From the NCBI GenBank assembly GCA_016748015.1, contig JAAOMT010000678.1, forward strand, positions 101,015 to 165,014: 64,000 nt of DNA, given 5' to 3'. The position numbers were made by a program, and so were the translations under genes. Positions 40,790 to 55,639 of the stretch are shown in pieces. The notes beneath the pieces are model-generated. The model was not told where the DNA came from and searched no databases. It saw only the letters and a list, made by a program, of their open reading frames with translations. Source of the stretch: Geosiphon pyriformis uo1 (Eukaryota; Fungi; Glomeromycota). The first letter of the stretch is position 1. Each line of letters begins with the position of its first letter.

Positions 40790-43700
40790 TTTAATAAACT
40801 TAACCAGCAAATTAAACAACCAGGAATTAGACTTCTAGAATCTAGTCTTTTTTACTTATAAAAATTGCTTTATATAAAACATATATTATAATAATTCAAA
40901 AATTGATTTGCAAAAATAATACTAAATCTCCTTAGTAAATTCACCACATGTTATCAGAATGTTAGTTACACTGGCCAGAAAATAATTCATGAGATTAATT
41001 AACAATATAGTTAAAAAACATAGAGATTGTTAAAATATTTAGCTGATGACTTATAAATTCATAGTTTTATATTCAAATAATTTGTCAAGAATGTCATTCA
41101 AACTACTAAATTTGCCAAAAATTTTCAGTATACATCTACTTAAATGTCTTTAGATTATACAATTCAGAATAGAAAATGGTTTTATTGAAAAAATCTTTAA
41201 GTAAATTGGCTTTAAGCTTAAGTCTCTTTCTCAATATTCTGTTCTACTTCTTATACATATTTACTAAAGCATAATTAAACTGCAATTTATAATAAACTAT
41301 TGACTATAAAATAGCAGACATTAGATATAAAAACTGCTTATTAAATACTGTTTTTTTTAATACCAGATTTGTAAAAAACTTGATATTCAAATGAGTTTTG
41401 ACAAGATTTGGTTTAAAAAAATCATTAATAAATAGAAATGCCCAAGTATCTATAAAATTTACTCTTTTTGGCTATAGAAATATTTAAATTACTTATTAAT
41501 AAATAAGAAACTTTCACACTTTAATTGATGAAAATAGCAATTGTTTTATATATATTAATAAAAATGTCATTGATTTAAAAAAATTTACCAGCTATATCTA
41601 AGATATGCTAAGTAGTAAACATATTATTTTCAATTCAAATTGTGTTATTTACAAAGGTATTTACTGCCAAAAAAAAAGTTTTGTTATTTTTAAAATTCTG
41701 TTTGTCAGTTTGCATAAAAAATTTTGAATCTAATTTGTAATCATACAAATTGTCATGTTTTTTAATCTTGTAAAGCAAAGAATCATAAAAGATTTTCTAT
41801 AGCAATAGCAAAAATATTTCATTCTAATCCAGTTTATCATGAACAATATACTTTTTGGCAAATTCAAAATCTGGTATTACTTAATTGGTCTAATTATTGT
41901 GTATATTTTCAAAAAACCCAATAAATAGAAGCACATTTTAATTCTAATTAAACTGTTTTTTAATTAATTATATTTAATAAAATCATATGCTTTATCTATA
42001 TTCTAAAAAATTAACTATAACTCCTTGTTTTTTTTAATGTATTCTCAATAACAGAACCAACAGCAAAATTAAGAATCTGAGTAAATATGTCTTTCAAAAC
42101 TAAAAAATTATTATTATGCAAAACATTAAAATTACTACAGATCAAAAAGATTTTATTTGAAAAAATTTTAGATAAAATTTTTCAGACTGTTTTAATTAAG
42201 ATAATTGGTCTAGTATTTGTAAAAATTTTTTTTTAATCATATAGTTTTGGTATCATAGAAACTTAGACTTTTTTTTACTGTATAAAAACTGTATTTAACA
42301 CCAAACATATATTGAAAATATCTAGTAAATCACCTAAAACCTACTTATAATCATGTTTTTAGAGTTTATTAGAAATGCCAAAAAGACTAATGGCTTTTTT
42401 ATTAAGTAAATCCTTGACAATTTGTAAAAATTTATCAAACTTAATATTATATATTACTTTTGAAAAAGCATCATTATTAATATGCTTTAAAAGAACATAT
42501 TAATTAAACTATTATTTAGATAAAACTTTAAGCATTATGTGTTTTTTTGTCTATTTTTTCATAATTGTGTTGATTGTAAATTTAACTTTACATAGTTTTA
42601 GAATTAATTTATCATAAATTACCAAATAGTCAAGTATTATTTTTCAAAATGGCTGATCTAAAACATTTCTAATTATCTTTTTTTTATTAGAACAAAAATT
42701 TTTATATATTTCTCTATAGTCTTTTTGATAAAATTATTTCTGGCAATTTTAAATTTATAATACTTAAATTTATGGTATTTTTTTTGATTTTCAACAAATG
42801 ATGTAGAATCTCTTTTAAACTTTTGCTTTTATTAAGCATAATATGTGCTCTAAAAACTTTTTTTTTTAATAGTAATCTAAGTATTAATAAAGTAATTAAT
42901 TTTTGAATTTTAATTCAAATTCAAGCTTTTTATAATTTTGGCTACTAACAATTTTAGCTTAAAAAACTTTGATGATTGCTTATTTTTTAAACATTTGAAT
43001 TTACTAAACAAAAATCTAGAAAACATTTTATTGACAGAGCTTATTACTATTTTTTTCATAATCTCTTACATTGTATCCAAATTATCACAATCTCTTGTAT
43101 TGTTAAATCCAGTCATTTTTTTCATGAATCTGTTTGATAAGCACTCTTTAAACTGTAATAATTTATTGCTATCAGCATCATTAATTTTGAACTTCTATTT
43201 ATTTCTATTAACTTGTTTACAATTATTATTAAAGTAAGTATTTAAAAAACCACTCAAGCTAACTGCAACTGAAACTGGCTTGCAATTAGTATTAAAAAAT
43301 TCAGACACAGTGTTTATTTTATGATTAGTAACTACAGATATCAAATTTTGGTTTACAAAAATAAAATCAATGACCTTTTTGATGCCTCTGAAATTGTTTT
43401 ATGTAAAAGCTTTAACTAATAAATATTCATTAAATGAGTTAATTAATCCTAAATTTACACAAAACTTGAAACTTACACTTCTTTTGAACTATTTTTATTG
43501 AAATTTTTACTTAATATCACAAAAATACTAGAATTAACTGTCTTGACAATAAAAAATTTAATTTCTAATATCTAACCAAATTTAATTTTAGCAGAAGCAT
43601 TAGTATACAAACCTAAGATTATAATTAACAATTTACTTTTAAACAAAAATTTTACTAAAATAACTCAACCAGAAATTTTATTACTTTAGAAACATGTTAA

Positions 43701-45930
43701 GTTGATAAATTGTTTATAATAATAATTACTCTAGCATCAAGAAAATCTTTATCAAAAATTTGCATTTTATTAAATTTGCTTATAATTCATAGTCTGATAC
43801 TAGATTTTAACTTTGTTTTCATAATAATTGAAACCATATTATCCGAATTTACATGTCAATAAACAATGTTTTTTTGCCTAGTAAGAATATTAAGACTCCA
43901 AACATAACATGTTGCAAACTTCCAAATTAGATTACTTATTAAAATAAAAAAGTGCCAAATAATCTAAGCTAGCATACAACTGATTTAATTTCACCAAAAC
44001 TGAGTCAACAAATGTTTTAAAAGCTACTAATTTCGACTTCAGACTGCTTATCTTAATGGTTAAAATTTTTGAATAACTTATACTTAACACTAAAGTCTTA
44101 GTCTTAACTAAAAAAAGAGGTGAAAATAAAACTTATGAATTATCCAAAACTATACTTAAATTCAGACCAGAGATAAATGTATTTATTGAAACTTGAAAAA
44201 AAGAAAAAAAAAGCCATTGGAATTCAAATTATATTACTAAATTTACATACAATATCAGAAACTTGGTCAGCCAGCAGTTCCAAAAAATATTTCAAAGAGA
44301 CCAAATAAACACACATAGAAAAATTATCTAACAAAGTAGATAAAGTTTTTTTATTAAAACTCAAAATATTAAAGAAAAAAGAGCCAAAAACAAAACTAAA
44401 AATTAAAGTGCTAAAGACAAAAACTGCTAAATTACCTAAGCTTATAATTTGTTATTAAAAACAGCAGAGTAAAAAATAGAAATGTTTTTTTTAACATACA
44501 ATTTGGTTAACTGAAGATGATTTTCATTTGAAACAACTTTCTTAAATACTTTTGTAGACAAAGAGATTGAGAAATTATAAACATTATATTCTAAAGAGGA
44601 ATGTCTAAAATGTCTATACTTTTTGCAATAAATTAGATCTAATCTGGTCTAAGATAATTTAATACTACCAAAAATAAACTCTGTGCAAAAAACAAATTTC
44701 AGCATCTCATTTAATTCAAAACCAATAGCAGTACAGCAAATTCTATTGCCATTTTCAAATAATCTATTAATAATACATGTTTTTTTATCAGCTCTTTTAA
44801 TTAAAATACTAAGATCATGAACAGTTGTTTCTACTGACAAGATAAACAAAAACACTTTAAATTGATTCTTAAACATCCAAATATTTTAATCTCTCATGGC
44901 TTTGGCCATATGCACTGAATTTTTTCCAATTAGAAATAATTATTTTGAAGCTAATTGATTTGTCTGTCTTAATTTGGCAAACTTTACTACAGTTTTCTGT
45001 CATATTTTAATGAGCTGAATTTTGATTAATACAATTTGACCAGGATATAGTGACAATAATCATTTTTTTAAACATATTTATGAGAATTTCTTTGATTATT
45101 ATAGCCTAATCTGAGCATACTCTTTGTTATTTGACATTATTGTTTACAATAATCCTTTTATTTTCAGCTAATAATTTAGTCTTCTTCATACTTTCTTTTG
45201 ATGTAAATATTAATTAAATAATTTTTTTAAATTTTGAGAGGATAATTGCCTCTCAAAACTATTAATTAATAAAAACATTTTTCTAATGCACTGGGTTTTT
45301 GTCATAACTGATTTTTTTTTCACAGTTAAAAAATTAATGTCCAATATATAAGATTTTTTAACATTCATTTTAATTTGAGTCTTAACTATCTTAGGGTTAA
45401 TTTACTTTCTGTTTAGAGAAATATTGAAAGAAAAGAGGAGAAAACTTTTATCTTCATCTATTTTAAAGTCAATTACACCAATGAAAGAGCCACCATCTAA
45501 GCTTGTATTTACCCTTTTAGCTTTAAAAATAGACACAGCTGAGCCAAGAAAAAAACCACTACCAGAACCCATTGTATTATTACCAACTTTACTATTACTG
45601 GATTCATTACTTATATTTGAATATATGCCACCACTAAGACCAGGTTTGACCAAAGATATTTCTTTTTCATTACCAGAATGTTTAACATTGTCCACAGAAA
45701 CCCTTTTCTTTTGAGAGAAAGTTCCTTCAACAGGACCATGAAGGGCTCCCTTGGGCACTTTCTTTTTAGATATATTGCTACTTGAAGCAGCTTCCAGGTT
45801 TACCACAAAAGAGTTGCTATATTGAGAAATGTTGAAAGTAAAATAACTAGGAAGATAAAAACAAAAACTTCTTTTTCAGAAAATGCTCTTTGGAGAATTT
45901 TGGACGTAGGAGAGAAAGAAATTTTTTTGG
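40790..45930 (-). mobile_element. Degenerate LINE related to 3148-9200 (ORF1, APE, RT)
   Basis: ORF1 start MVNLEAASSSNISKKK.. (45402-45806). Collinear similarity to the APE and RT regions of the first LINE. Eroded DNA continues to ~39700. Confidence 0.87.
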
Positions 45931-46713
45931 ATAATAATATAAAATGTTTTATTCAAATTCTGTAATAATTTCATGTCCAAAATGGTCAAAAAATTTAATT
46001 TAAGAAGATAATAAAATTTATAATATTCAAAAATTTCTAAACATTAAAATTTTTTCATTATAAAAATAAGGTTTTGGATATTTCAATGTCTCGCTATTAA
46101 TCCTGTTAAAGTCAAAAAAGCAAGATTTATCATTAATAACCAGCATTTTTTAGATAAAATTAAGCCCAGAATATTAATATTAAATCAAGTAATTTATTAA
46201 AACAATAATTGTTTGAGTGAAAAAACCCAAAGAAAATCTGAACTATAGACGTAGCTTCTAAAGAAACTTCTCTTTTACCAGAAAATGGTTTTTTTGAATT
46301 ACGAAAAATCGATATTTCGTTTAAATCAAGCAAAAATTTGTCAAAGTAAAAGTTTATTAATTGTTCTCGTATTTTTGAATTTTCAAAAGGTGGAAACGTA
46401 AAAGGTGGAAAAAATTACAAAGTTTTGAATTACTATTTGTAACGGTAAAAATTAAATTAAAATTGAGGATATAATTAGACTGATTATTTTCTTGACTCAT
46501 GAATAAAAATAAATTCCAGATTATTTCTTTTTGAATTTTTGGATCATTGTCAAGTATTATTAATCTGCTAGATTACAAGTGAAAGATATCTGACAAATAT
46601 TCTCTTTAAAATTAATATTGAAACATGGCAAAATTATTTTTTCAATTTAGATTTTCTAGAAATCTTCATTTAGACGAAAGTTTTACTTATTTTTCTGCTT
46701 GGTAAAATCTTCA

Positions 46714-48907
46714 TCATATACTTGCCCTTTGAAGATTCGCCACTGGCTTCTCGAATGGTGGCTCCTTATACTCAGCCAGCCCATTCCCATTAGGTAACGG
46801 CGAGGCCGCACTCGGTTCACTAAGCATACTATTAATTGTTGCTTGTGACATCTCTGGAATAAATGATCTTCTACTCCCTCTATAATGATACTTCCAAAAC
46901 AAGAATCCACCAAATGATATAATTGATGCCCCCACCACTGAAACAATAATAATTCCCCATCTTCGAAGATTTCGTAATTCAGAATCAGAAATTTTTGAAG
47001 CTTCCTCACGGCGTTCTTCTTCGTCTGTTTCCGAGGCTTCATGTTCTTCGTGGGTTGTTTGTCTACTGGTAGGAGAAGGTGGTTGAATTGGGATTTGATC
47101 CAAATTTTGAGGTGGTGATTGGCTTGAGGCAGATGAGGCAGAGGATTGTGATGGGATTGGTGGATTTGAACGAGTGAGTAAGTTGGTCCATTTGAAATTA
47201 GAGTTTTTAATGTCGAGGATATTAATTTTTGAACTTGGTTTATTATTTCGTAATCCTAAAGAAAAAAAAACATTATTATTATCAAGATCAAATGAATTTT
47301 AATTAAATAAGTGATTTCGAAATAAAAAAAAAGTTGGAACAACTTACCAAATGCAATAATCATGAAATCATCGTAAAGGGTCGCTGTGTGAAATATTATG
47401 GAGCCTTTTGGTCCTTGTTCCTGATTTTCTATTACCGGTCGTCTCCATCTTAAAGTTATTATATCCAGTACTAACAAATTATCATCTGAACTATAAAAAT
47501 GAATAAAGAAAGTGTTGAGGAAATCTTGATTCATCACAATTGCATTGAAATCTTTTAAAGCAAATATATTTGCCTTGAGTCCGAATTACCAGCACCAGCT
47601 TCGTTATTACTACCGTATATTATGATTTCATGTTGATTTGATGCTATAAAAATGAATAAATTATGATTTTCTATCTTTAGGAAAAGATTAAAATCTGTGC
47701 TAGGTTATATAATTTTTTTTCGATAGCTTACCCAGGACAGCAGAATGCCCCGCCCGCGGGGTTAATAGAACGTTAGAGATTGATTTCTAAAACAAAGGAA
47801 TGTAAAATTTCGAAATTTATTTCAACCCCCCCCCCCCCCCCCCCCTAAATATCAATATTTGGTGTAAAATTTCACGACATACCGCCACGTTCCACTGTGA
47901 TGCCACTGTATCAAATATAAAAATCTAAACAATAATATAATCAGATTTTTTAAAGAGAGAATTAAAAATATAATTTTAATCATTAGTTAATCATGGGTAA
48001 ATATACCTCATTCAGCTCCCTAGCCTTTTGACTCCCGGTCCAATAACCACCTAAATAAAACACCCGACCATCTGGAACCAATGTTGCAGTATATCCATAA
48101 AATGGTTGAGGTCCATTCATAATATAGCCCCACGTTGAATTTTTTGTATCGAAAATGTACATGTTATTATCCATTTTTGATATATTTTGACCGCCAAAAA
48201 TATAAATTTTCTCGTTGCTGTCTTTTATTGAATTAATTTGGTTTCGTGGTGTGGGAGAAATTTTAATAGAAAGATTGGTAATTTCTGAAGTATTTGAAAT
48301 TCTTTTAGATTCCAGAGATAAGGAAGGAGGAAGAGATATTGTGTAGATATTGTTGGATATTTTTGAGATATTTTTCGAAGAGCCTATAACCTAAATTTGA
48401 TTGGGATTTAAATTGAGTTGAGTTGATTTGAGTTGAATTAAGTTAAGTTGAGTTGAAATTGATTTAAGTTTAGATTTTTAATAAAAAATCGTTCGTACTC
48501 ACCCCACCAAAAAGAAATAATATTTGATGCCTATCTTGATCAAATCCAATCGACGCCGCAGCTGAGTGAACACCTTCAAACTCATTGTTCTTATCTTGTT
48601 TTATGCTTTTGAATTTTACACTCGTATCGATAAACTCCAAACTCTTATTCTTCCCAAAATTTAAATCATCCTTTGATAAATCTAAGTAAAATATTTCACG
48701 AGAAATTCTCAAAGAATTCTTAGGAGCGGTAGACAACTGACCACCAATGAAGTAAATATTTTGATTAAGTAATATTGCAATATGTGATGAGCGTGGTTCT
48801 GGTGTGAACGATGCTTGTGATGTTGAATATGTTAAGTTGGAAAGTATCATTAGGGAAAGGAAAAATGGTTTTAGAAATGATGAGATTATGAAATACTTGA
48901 AAGACAT
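46714..48907 (-). CDS. Signal peptide + kelch-repeat beta-propeller + Ser/Pro stalk + single TM protein
   Basis: Motifs PRSSHIAILLNQNIYFIGG, YTATLVPDGRVFYLGG, PRAGHSAVL and FHTATLYDDFMIIAFG. TM segment WGIIIVSVVGASIISFGGFLFW. About 7 exons. Confidence 0.9.
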
Positions 48908-50032
48908 TTCAGAAAATTTAGAAAATATTTGATAGGAAATAATTTGGCTTTATAAAGTGATTAAATTTCAAACGATGGTAGACTCACTGAATTAAAAGAA
49001 GTTGAAGTTTACGATTAAATGACCAGTCGAAAAAAAAAGGAAGAAATTTTACGAGCACTGTATAAACGATCGAAAGTTGACCTCTTAATTCCAATAGCAT
49101 AAGGAATTTATTCATTGTTTGTTGAAAATTTTACGTGTGTGATAGACTATCCTCTTGGAATATGATATGGCAATCATTTTTATTATTGTTTTATCTTCTG
49201 CTAAAATGATATTCAAAATTGGGCCCCATTTCATTTGTTTATTAAGAAAGATAGGTTGGATGATGGGTAACCGTTACTTTTCTCATGATAATCATCATCA
49301 AATTTTTGTTTGATATGTTTCGAAAATTCATTCACCTGATAGCGTATGATTATTGCTGCTTTTTGGCTATCCGCATTTCTGTTTCTAAAGTTCATTGTGA
49401 ATGATCATGTTTAAATTTTTTCTATTAGTTAAGAGCGTAATGAATGAATGAAAAACTAAATGTAATTTATTAAAATAATAGTCATTCATGAACTACTTAT
49501 TCTTTGTAAAAATGCGAGCCGATTCTGATCAATAATGATTTGTTTTCCTTAATAATTTCGTTATTTATCTTTCTTTCCTTATCAAGAAAATGTGCTGGTG
49601 GTAAAGGATAAATTTAACATTGTTTAGATATTCCATGTTCTGAAATATTTTCCGATAAATAAGTGACGCATTTAGATCGACAGGGATCGCTTCCCAACCG
49701 GAGTGATCAAAGGGATTTGATTTTAAATGTTATGTAGATTAAATTTCCTAAAAATGGTTAAAAAACATTTTCATGCGGGGGATAATGCACATAAAAAAAA
49801 GTCGAAACTAGGAAATTATAAATAAAATGATATTTGATGGGAATCAACAAATCAACCAATCAATATCTTATCGATTATAGATTATGAAATTTTTTGTTCA
49901 ATATAAATTGAATCAATCTTTTAATCAATCAATCATTTGACTATATAATCACATGAATGGATAAATTTTTTGAAAAATAGTATTTTTAAACCAAATTCAA
50001 TACTTTTAAGAAATCTCATATAAAGATCAATG

Positions 50033-50033
<1 letters not shown>

Positions 50034-50080
<47 letters not shown>

Positions 50081-50090
50081 TATAATTATA
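50034..50090. repeat. (AAT)n microsatellite
   Basis: Read directly from the sequence. Confidence 0.95.
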
Positions 50091-51709
50091 GTTTATCTTT
50101 TCCTATGTGTTAAGAATTGTCATAATTTAGAATTCATTAAGAATTTATGAGCTTTATTATTCAATTCAAAGTTATCAATTTTTTTTATAATGTTTAATAT
50201 TCAAATAAATAAAATGAGGTTGAATAAATGGTTAATTGGTAATTGAAGAAAATCTCAAAGTCTATTGAACTTATTTATTGACTGTCATTCTTTTAAAATG
50301 ATTTTTAATATTGTTGAAGAGTTTTTTTAATTAACAAGGAACTTTTCCAAAATGATAAATTTAAACACATAATAAAATTATCTTCTTCAAAACTGAAATT
50401 CAAACTATAAAATTCTTATTATTTCGGAATTATGAAAATTGAATTGATCAGATGTGGTAGTTTGACTGAAAAAGTTATTCTTTTTGATGCTTAAATCTTG
50501 TCAATTAATATTCGTCCATTTAATAATGTAGAAAACAATAAAAATATTTAAATTAAATTTAAAATACCAACATTAAATTTTTTTTATAAATCGATGATTT
50601 ATTCAATTAACAGAAATATTTTGATCACTATTTAAGACAAATAAAAGATCATTCGAGAGTTTAAAATCTTAGCTGTGAAACTTTAATTTTAACCCAATAA
50701 AAATATACTTCATTTATTCGAATCAATAATTTTTTTTTGGTTAAAATTTTTATCTTCTCAACATTATGCTCCGGTATTTATTTAACTTTCAATCAATTCT
50801 GTATAACCTCTTGTAAAGCTTGAAAATTGTTTAATAAAAAATATCTATTTTCACAAAGTCTTCTTGACTTATTACTATATACAAAAAGCATATTTATTAT
50901 ATTATTTAATCTTAAATTAGAATATTTCTTATTTTACATGAATTTCTTAAAATTTGAATGAAACAAGTTTGATCATCATCATGATACACATCTTCCTGCA
51001 TGCTTAGTATGTAATTTTATTGAAGATGCAACTTTTTATTAGAGTTCTTATTCAATAGGAAATTCGATTATCATTTCCTTCTATAATTAGATCTCCGATA
51101 AATTGCTCAAATTCTTGGCATCTCCTTGAGCTTGTATTTGTTTTGCACTTTGTATGTCCTTCCACAAATATAACACGGCATTTCTGTCTTGGCAACAGAA
51201 ATTTCAAAATAAAAGTTTCTTAAAAAAAAGTTACTATAATAATGCGCTAAAAATTTATTGAAGACTTAGCCACTTACCTTCTGTGTTCCATTTTTATGTC
51301 CCAGACTGTATTTCAAATTTTTCACTAAGTAACAGTAAATATTGGATCAGATGATAACAAAATTTTTAGTCAAGATTTCACACGCATTAAAATAACAAAA
51401 GAATTTCTCACAAATAATGATTGTCTTTGAATTTGATTTTGCGAAATCGACAAAAAATATTTGAACCCAAATAAAATAACACACGATCTATCAAAGGTGA
51501 ATGAGGATTTGTATATTTATCATATAAACGTTTTTTTTGCTATTCTTTCTCCGCAATTTCAACTGATTGTGGCGTTTCATAAAATTCGATAATCCTGCTT
51601 CGAAAAGATTATTCTAGAGCTCAAAAATATTCTTTACAAAATTTTACGCATCTGCCATTTGCATATTAATTTTACTCTTTTACAAAAAATTTATTTGAAC
51701 AACTTCAGA

Positions 51710-52192
51710 ATGCCCCAATTCCAAAGCAGACCTTATAAATGGTCCGAAACTCAAACACAAGATTCGATCACATTATACCCTTACCCCAACTCAAAAACTT
51801 TTCCAATATGGGCTATCGTAATTATTGCAATATCATTTGGATGTATGGTTTTATTGGCCCTTAATGAGCTTTGGAGAAGGTGGAAAAGAAAGAGAGAAGA
51901 TTATTTGATTAGGAATGGAATAACGACTGCGACTTATTACGTTAATTCCTTTAGTTCAACAAATGACGAGCAGCAGCAGCAGCAAGATGAAAATTTAAAA
52001 AAAGCAACTAATAATATTTCACAAGTAAAAACTGAATCGACCGAAAAAAGCCTCGCTGTGATTACAAAAATCTTTGGTTTACCAACAAGAATTGGAAAAC
52101 ATGGAAATAAGAAATCTGGAGAAGTTGGTAACCCTACTTCAAAATCAGAAATTGTACAGATGGAATCAATTTTGGAAAAAGGAATTTGTTGA
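51710..52192 (+). CDS. Small single-pass membrane protein, function unknown
   Basis: First ATG at 51710. TM segment IWAIVIIAISFGCMVLLAL followed by WRRWKRKR. Coding-like composition with a poly-Q run. Confidence 0.7.
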   Translation: MPQFQSRPYKWSETQTQDSITLYPYPNSKTFPIWAIVIIAISFGCMVLLALNELWRRWKRKREDYLIRNGITTATYYVNSFSSTNDEQQQQQDENLKKATNNISQVKTESTEKSLAVITKIFGLPTRIGKHGNKKSGEVGNPTSKSEIVQMESILEKGIC

Positions 52193-54999
52193 TGGGTCTG
52201 ATACAGATGTTTTTGCAAGTGAAAAAAAAATTAAGGATAAGGAAAATTAAAAAATGATAAAAAGTTGGTTCTCAAAGATTTTTTCATTAATAGAAGCAGC
52301 GAAAGAAAGGTTCCCATTGAAAGTTTCGACAAGTTTGGACGAGATTCATAATAAACAGTAATTATTAGCGTATTTGGTTTTATTTTTAGGGATTTTACGG
52401 CATTTTGATTTAAATGATTTATTTAACTCATGTAAATCCTTCCTTTATCAATTCCTCAAAGTTGAATTATTGAAATTCTTTGTAAAAATTAAAATCCCTT
52501 CTGAAGCTTGTTCAATAAAAGTAATTACATTTTTCACATATCTTTGAATTTTTATATTTGTAAATGAAAAAAAGTAATTTTAAAGTTTTAAAAAGTTTTA
52601 AACTTTTAATAAAAAGCTATTTTAGATTTTGTTCTTATAAAATTTTTTTAAATAATTAGCAAAATAATAGGTTTTCTTTAATATTTTAATGTTTTTTGAA
52701 ACCAAATAACAATCTTTATATTCCTTGAAAATCATCAATGTTTATAAGTTGAACAAATTTGTTAACTTTTTGCAACAAAACATTTTCCGAAATTAACAAA
52801 TTTGCTTTGTATATATCTGGTCAAGCCATAATGCTAATAATTGTTAATGTGCAAAAAATTTTCTTTTCAAAATTTCATATACATTTGATTCTCCCATTTC
52901 AAACTGATTTGTTAATATATTATTTAAAATTGCTGAGTTGATAGTTTTTTAATTTAAAAAGTTTAATTTTTTGAGCAAGTATGAAAACATTGTGTTTCCA
53001 TTTTTGAGTCTGTGATGGATTTATATTATGTTCGATAAGTGAAATCTTTTTTTCCTTACTTGTTTTAGTATAGGCCTAATAAAAAAACAAATAATTAAAA
53101 TAGGAAAAGTAACAAAAAGACGGAATAATTAATGATTTACAAAGCAAATTGAAGCCATAAAAAAAATTAGCTCTTATTGTTCTAGAATTGAATCTGTGAT
53201 AAAAATAAATTCAAAATAACTGCTTTTTTTAATGTTAAAATATTGGAGCCAAATCCAAGCTAAATATTATTTACATATAACAAAAAATAATTTCCTGTTA
53301 TCTATTATAATTTCTTACTTTTGGGGACCACTATGGTTTAAGAATATACTTGGATTTACAATGAGTAGGTTTGTTTTTATCAAGTTCGGTATCGTTGAAA
53401 TATAGCCAAACGCATTATGCTTGCTTAATTTATTTTCTATTAACTTGTTTGTTCCGTTATATTTATACTATTCAAAATATTAAATTTAGATATATACTTT
53501 GAACTTTTTTCATAGGCTTACCATAACAAAGCTAATGATTTTAACCAGTTGACTTGAGATTTTTGATATGTTGAAGCTTTATAGGAAATTCAAATGTTAG
53601 TCCAGGCAAGAGAATTTAGAGGCCTTTAACTACTTGTGCCAGAATCTGCAAAAAAGGCACGTTGATTTTCTTAACCTGTCCGTCGGTCAGGTTGCGATTC
53701 AACAAGTCATTTAAAATCAGCTGATTTATCTGAGCTCAACCAATTGCCTTATGAGCTATTAAGCTGACACAACTCTCATTCTCCTTTATGTATAATACAT
53801 AAAGTTATGATGATGTGAATAACTTTTGAACTTGTGAAAACATAATACAAATCTCATTTATACAAACCATCTTTGACGTCTTTGTTCAATCCTTCAACAA
53901 TATACGAACAAGTCTTCAAAATTACATCAATGTCTGTGTGCTTAAAATCCAACATATCTGCTTGATCTTTGCCTTGAAATCGGATTCCCTTTTGTCGCTT
54001 CAGAATGTCGGGTATCTCAACACAAGATCGGTGTAATTAAGTTATCAATTCAACATACTATCATGCTCAAGTCAGATTTATCCCTCAGTTCGTTCTTCCG
54101 TTATATTACATTTAATATTGCTGGGAAAATAGAAAGCCACAAATTAAGAAAATAGTTTAAAAACAACTTGCAAATTTTTGTCTCTGATCTCAAAGATCCC
54201 CCAAAAAAATTATTTATTTCAACTTTTTATAATCCTTATACATACAAAAAAAGGCTAATAATTATATCTTCCATGGTAAAGAAACTAACAACCAAAATAA
54301 CTTACAAGTACGCAATATTTCCCTTACAAGTATTTGACCCACAAAGTAGTCGTTGAAGCGTTAAATTGCACAATAACAGCCCATTTATGGTATGCTAACA
54401 AGTACGCAACCTTTCCCATTACAAGTACGCAACTAGCAAGATAGTTGGTAACGGGTAACTCGGGCTATTAAATAACCGAATAAATTTACATTAAAGTTTT
54501 GTTTCTATTCTAGTACCTTCTGCCTAATTTGGACATTTCGATATAGTGCTTACGGATAGTATTTAGTTCTCATTTGTAACAAAAATGCTCTGCTTTTCAT
54601 CTTCCAGAGTGCCTTGTGTGAACGAAAACCTAAAAATTTTTGAGTGAAGGTTTTTCCGATTTTTATATATACTATCATCATAAATCGATAACAATCTTTA
54701 ATTTACTATTTAATTAAACAGCGACTTCAAAATTCGCCAGAAAAGAAATTTGTAAAAATGCTCGAGAAAGAGAGGAAAAATTGCACGCATTATTGGACAC
54801 TCCGCTAATTCTGTTAAAATTAACAAAAAATAATGGCCAAAATTTTATTATTGATAAACATTCTGAGCTTCAATTCTCTGGGAAATTAAAAAAATTCCAG
54901 CAATAAGAAATATACCAACTTCAAACTTCTATGTACACTAGAACTTTATATAAGATTTACTTTTGTTTTTTTTCCAGAGTTTTCATTAATGTGTAAAAA

Positions 55000-55560
55000 A
55001 CCAATGATTAATGAGGTAAACCGATTCAAACGGCGAAATTGGCCAGTACCTACAGAGAGGGTTAGTTATCTGTTCTTTGGACAGATGAATCCTCTATAAG
55101 CACTGACTCTTGTAAAAAATTTCGCTTATGATGTCATAAAGTCATAAAAAAGAGCTTCACAACCCTGATCATATACGAGCAACCATTTAAGTAGACGTAA
55201 ATAGGCATGTACACCTCACCTCAGGTATGACTGGTGAAGCATATGGAAACCAATAATTATGATCACCAAAGAAACAATTTCCCAGGAAGATAACGCTCCA
55301 ATTCACAAGTGTAAGCTTGTGAAAGAACTCCAAGATAATCTTGGAATTGTGAATTTGGAAGGGCCTCCACAATTGCCAGATCTTAGTCCAATAGAAAATA
55401 TGTGGAGATAAGTTAAAAATTCGATTTGCCGGGACAAAAAGAAGCTAACTTGAAGGGGACAGTATTGCTTGAAATGTATTTCCATTAGAGAAATTCTTCA
55501 ATATATGGACTCAATGTCAAAACATGTTAAAAGAAAGGGTTATGTGACCCATTGATAGAC
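55000..55560 (+). mobile_element. Tc1/IS630-family (DDE_3) transposase remnant
   Basis: Motifs SVLWTDES, QEDNAPIH and PPQLPDLSPIENMW, with stops and deletions. Confidence 0.82.
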
Positions 55561-55639
55561 GTTTGTTTTCAATAATAAGTTTATTGTGAAAAAGGTTACT
55601 TTTATTACATATACCTCGTGAAATAATCCTTGTCATTAA

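Noticed and set aside
47826-47845. C20 run as a functional G-quadruplex
   Set aside because: It is an intronic homopolymer with no supporting evidence, and its length is unreliable.
51659-52192. C-terminal Cys (EKGIC) as a prenylation signal
   Set aside because: It is not a CaaX, CC or CxC motif.
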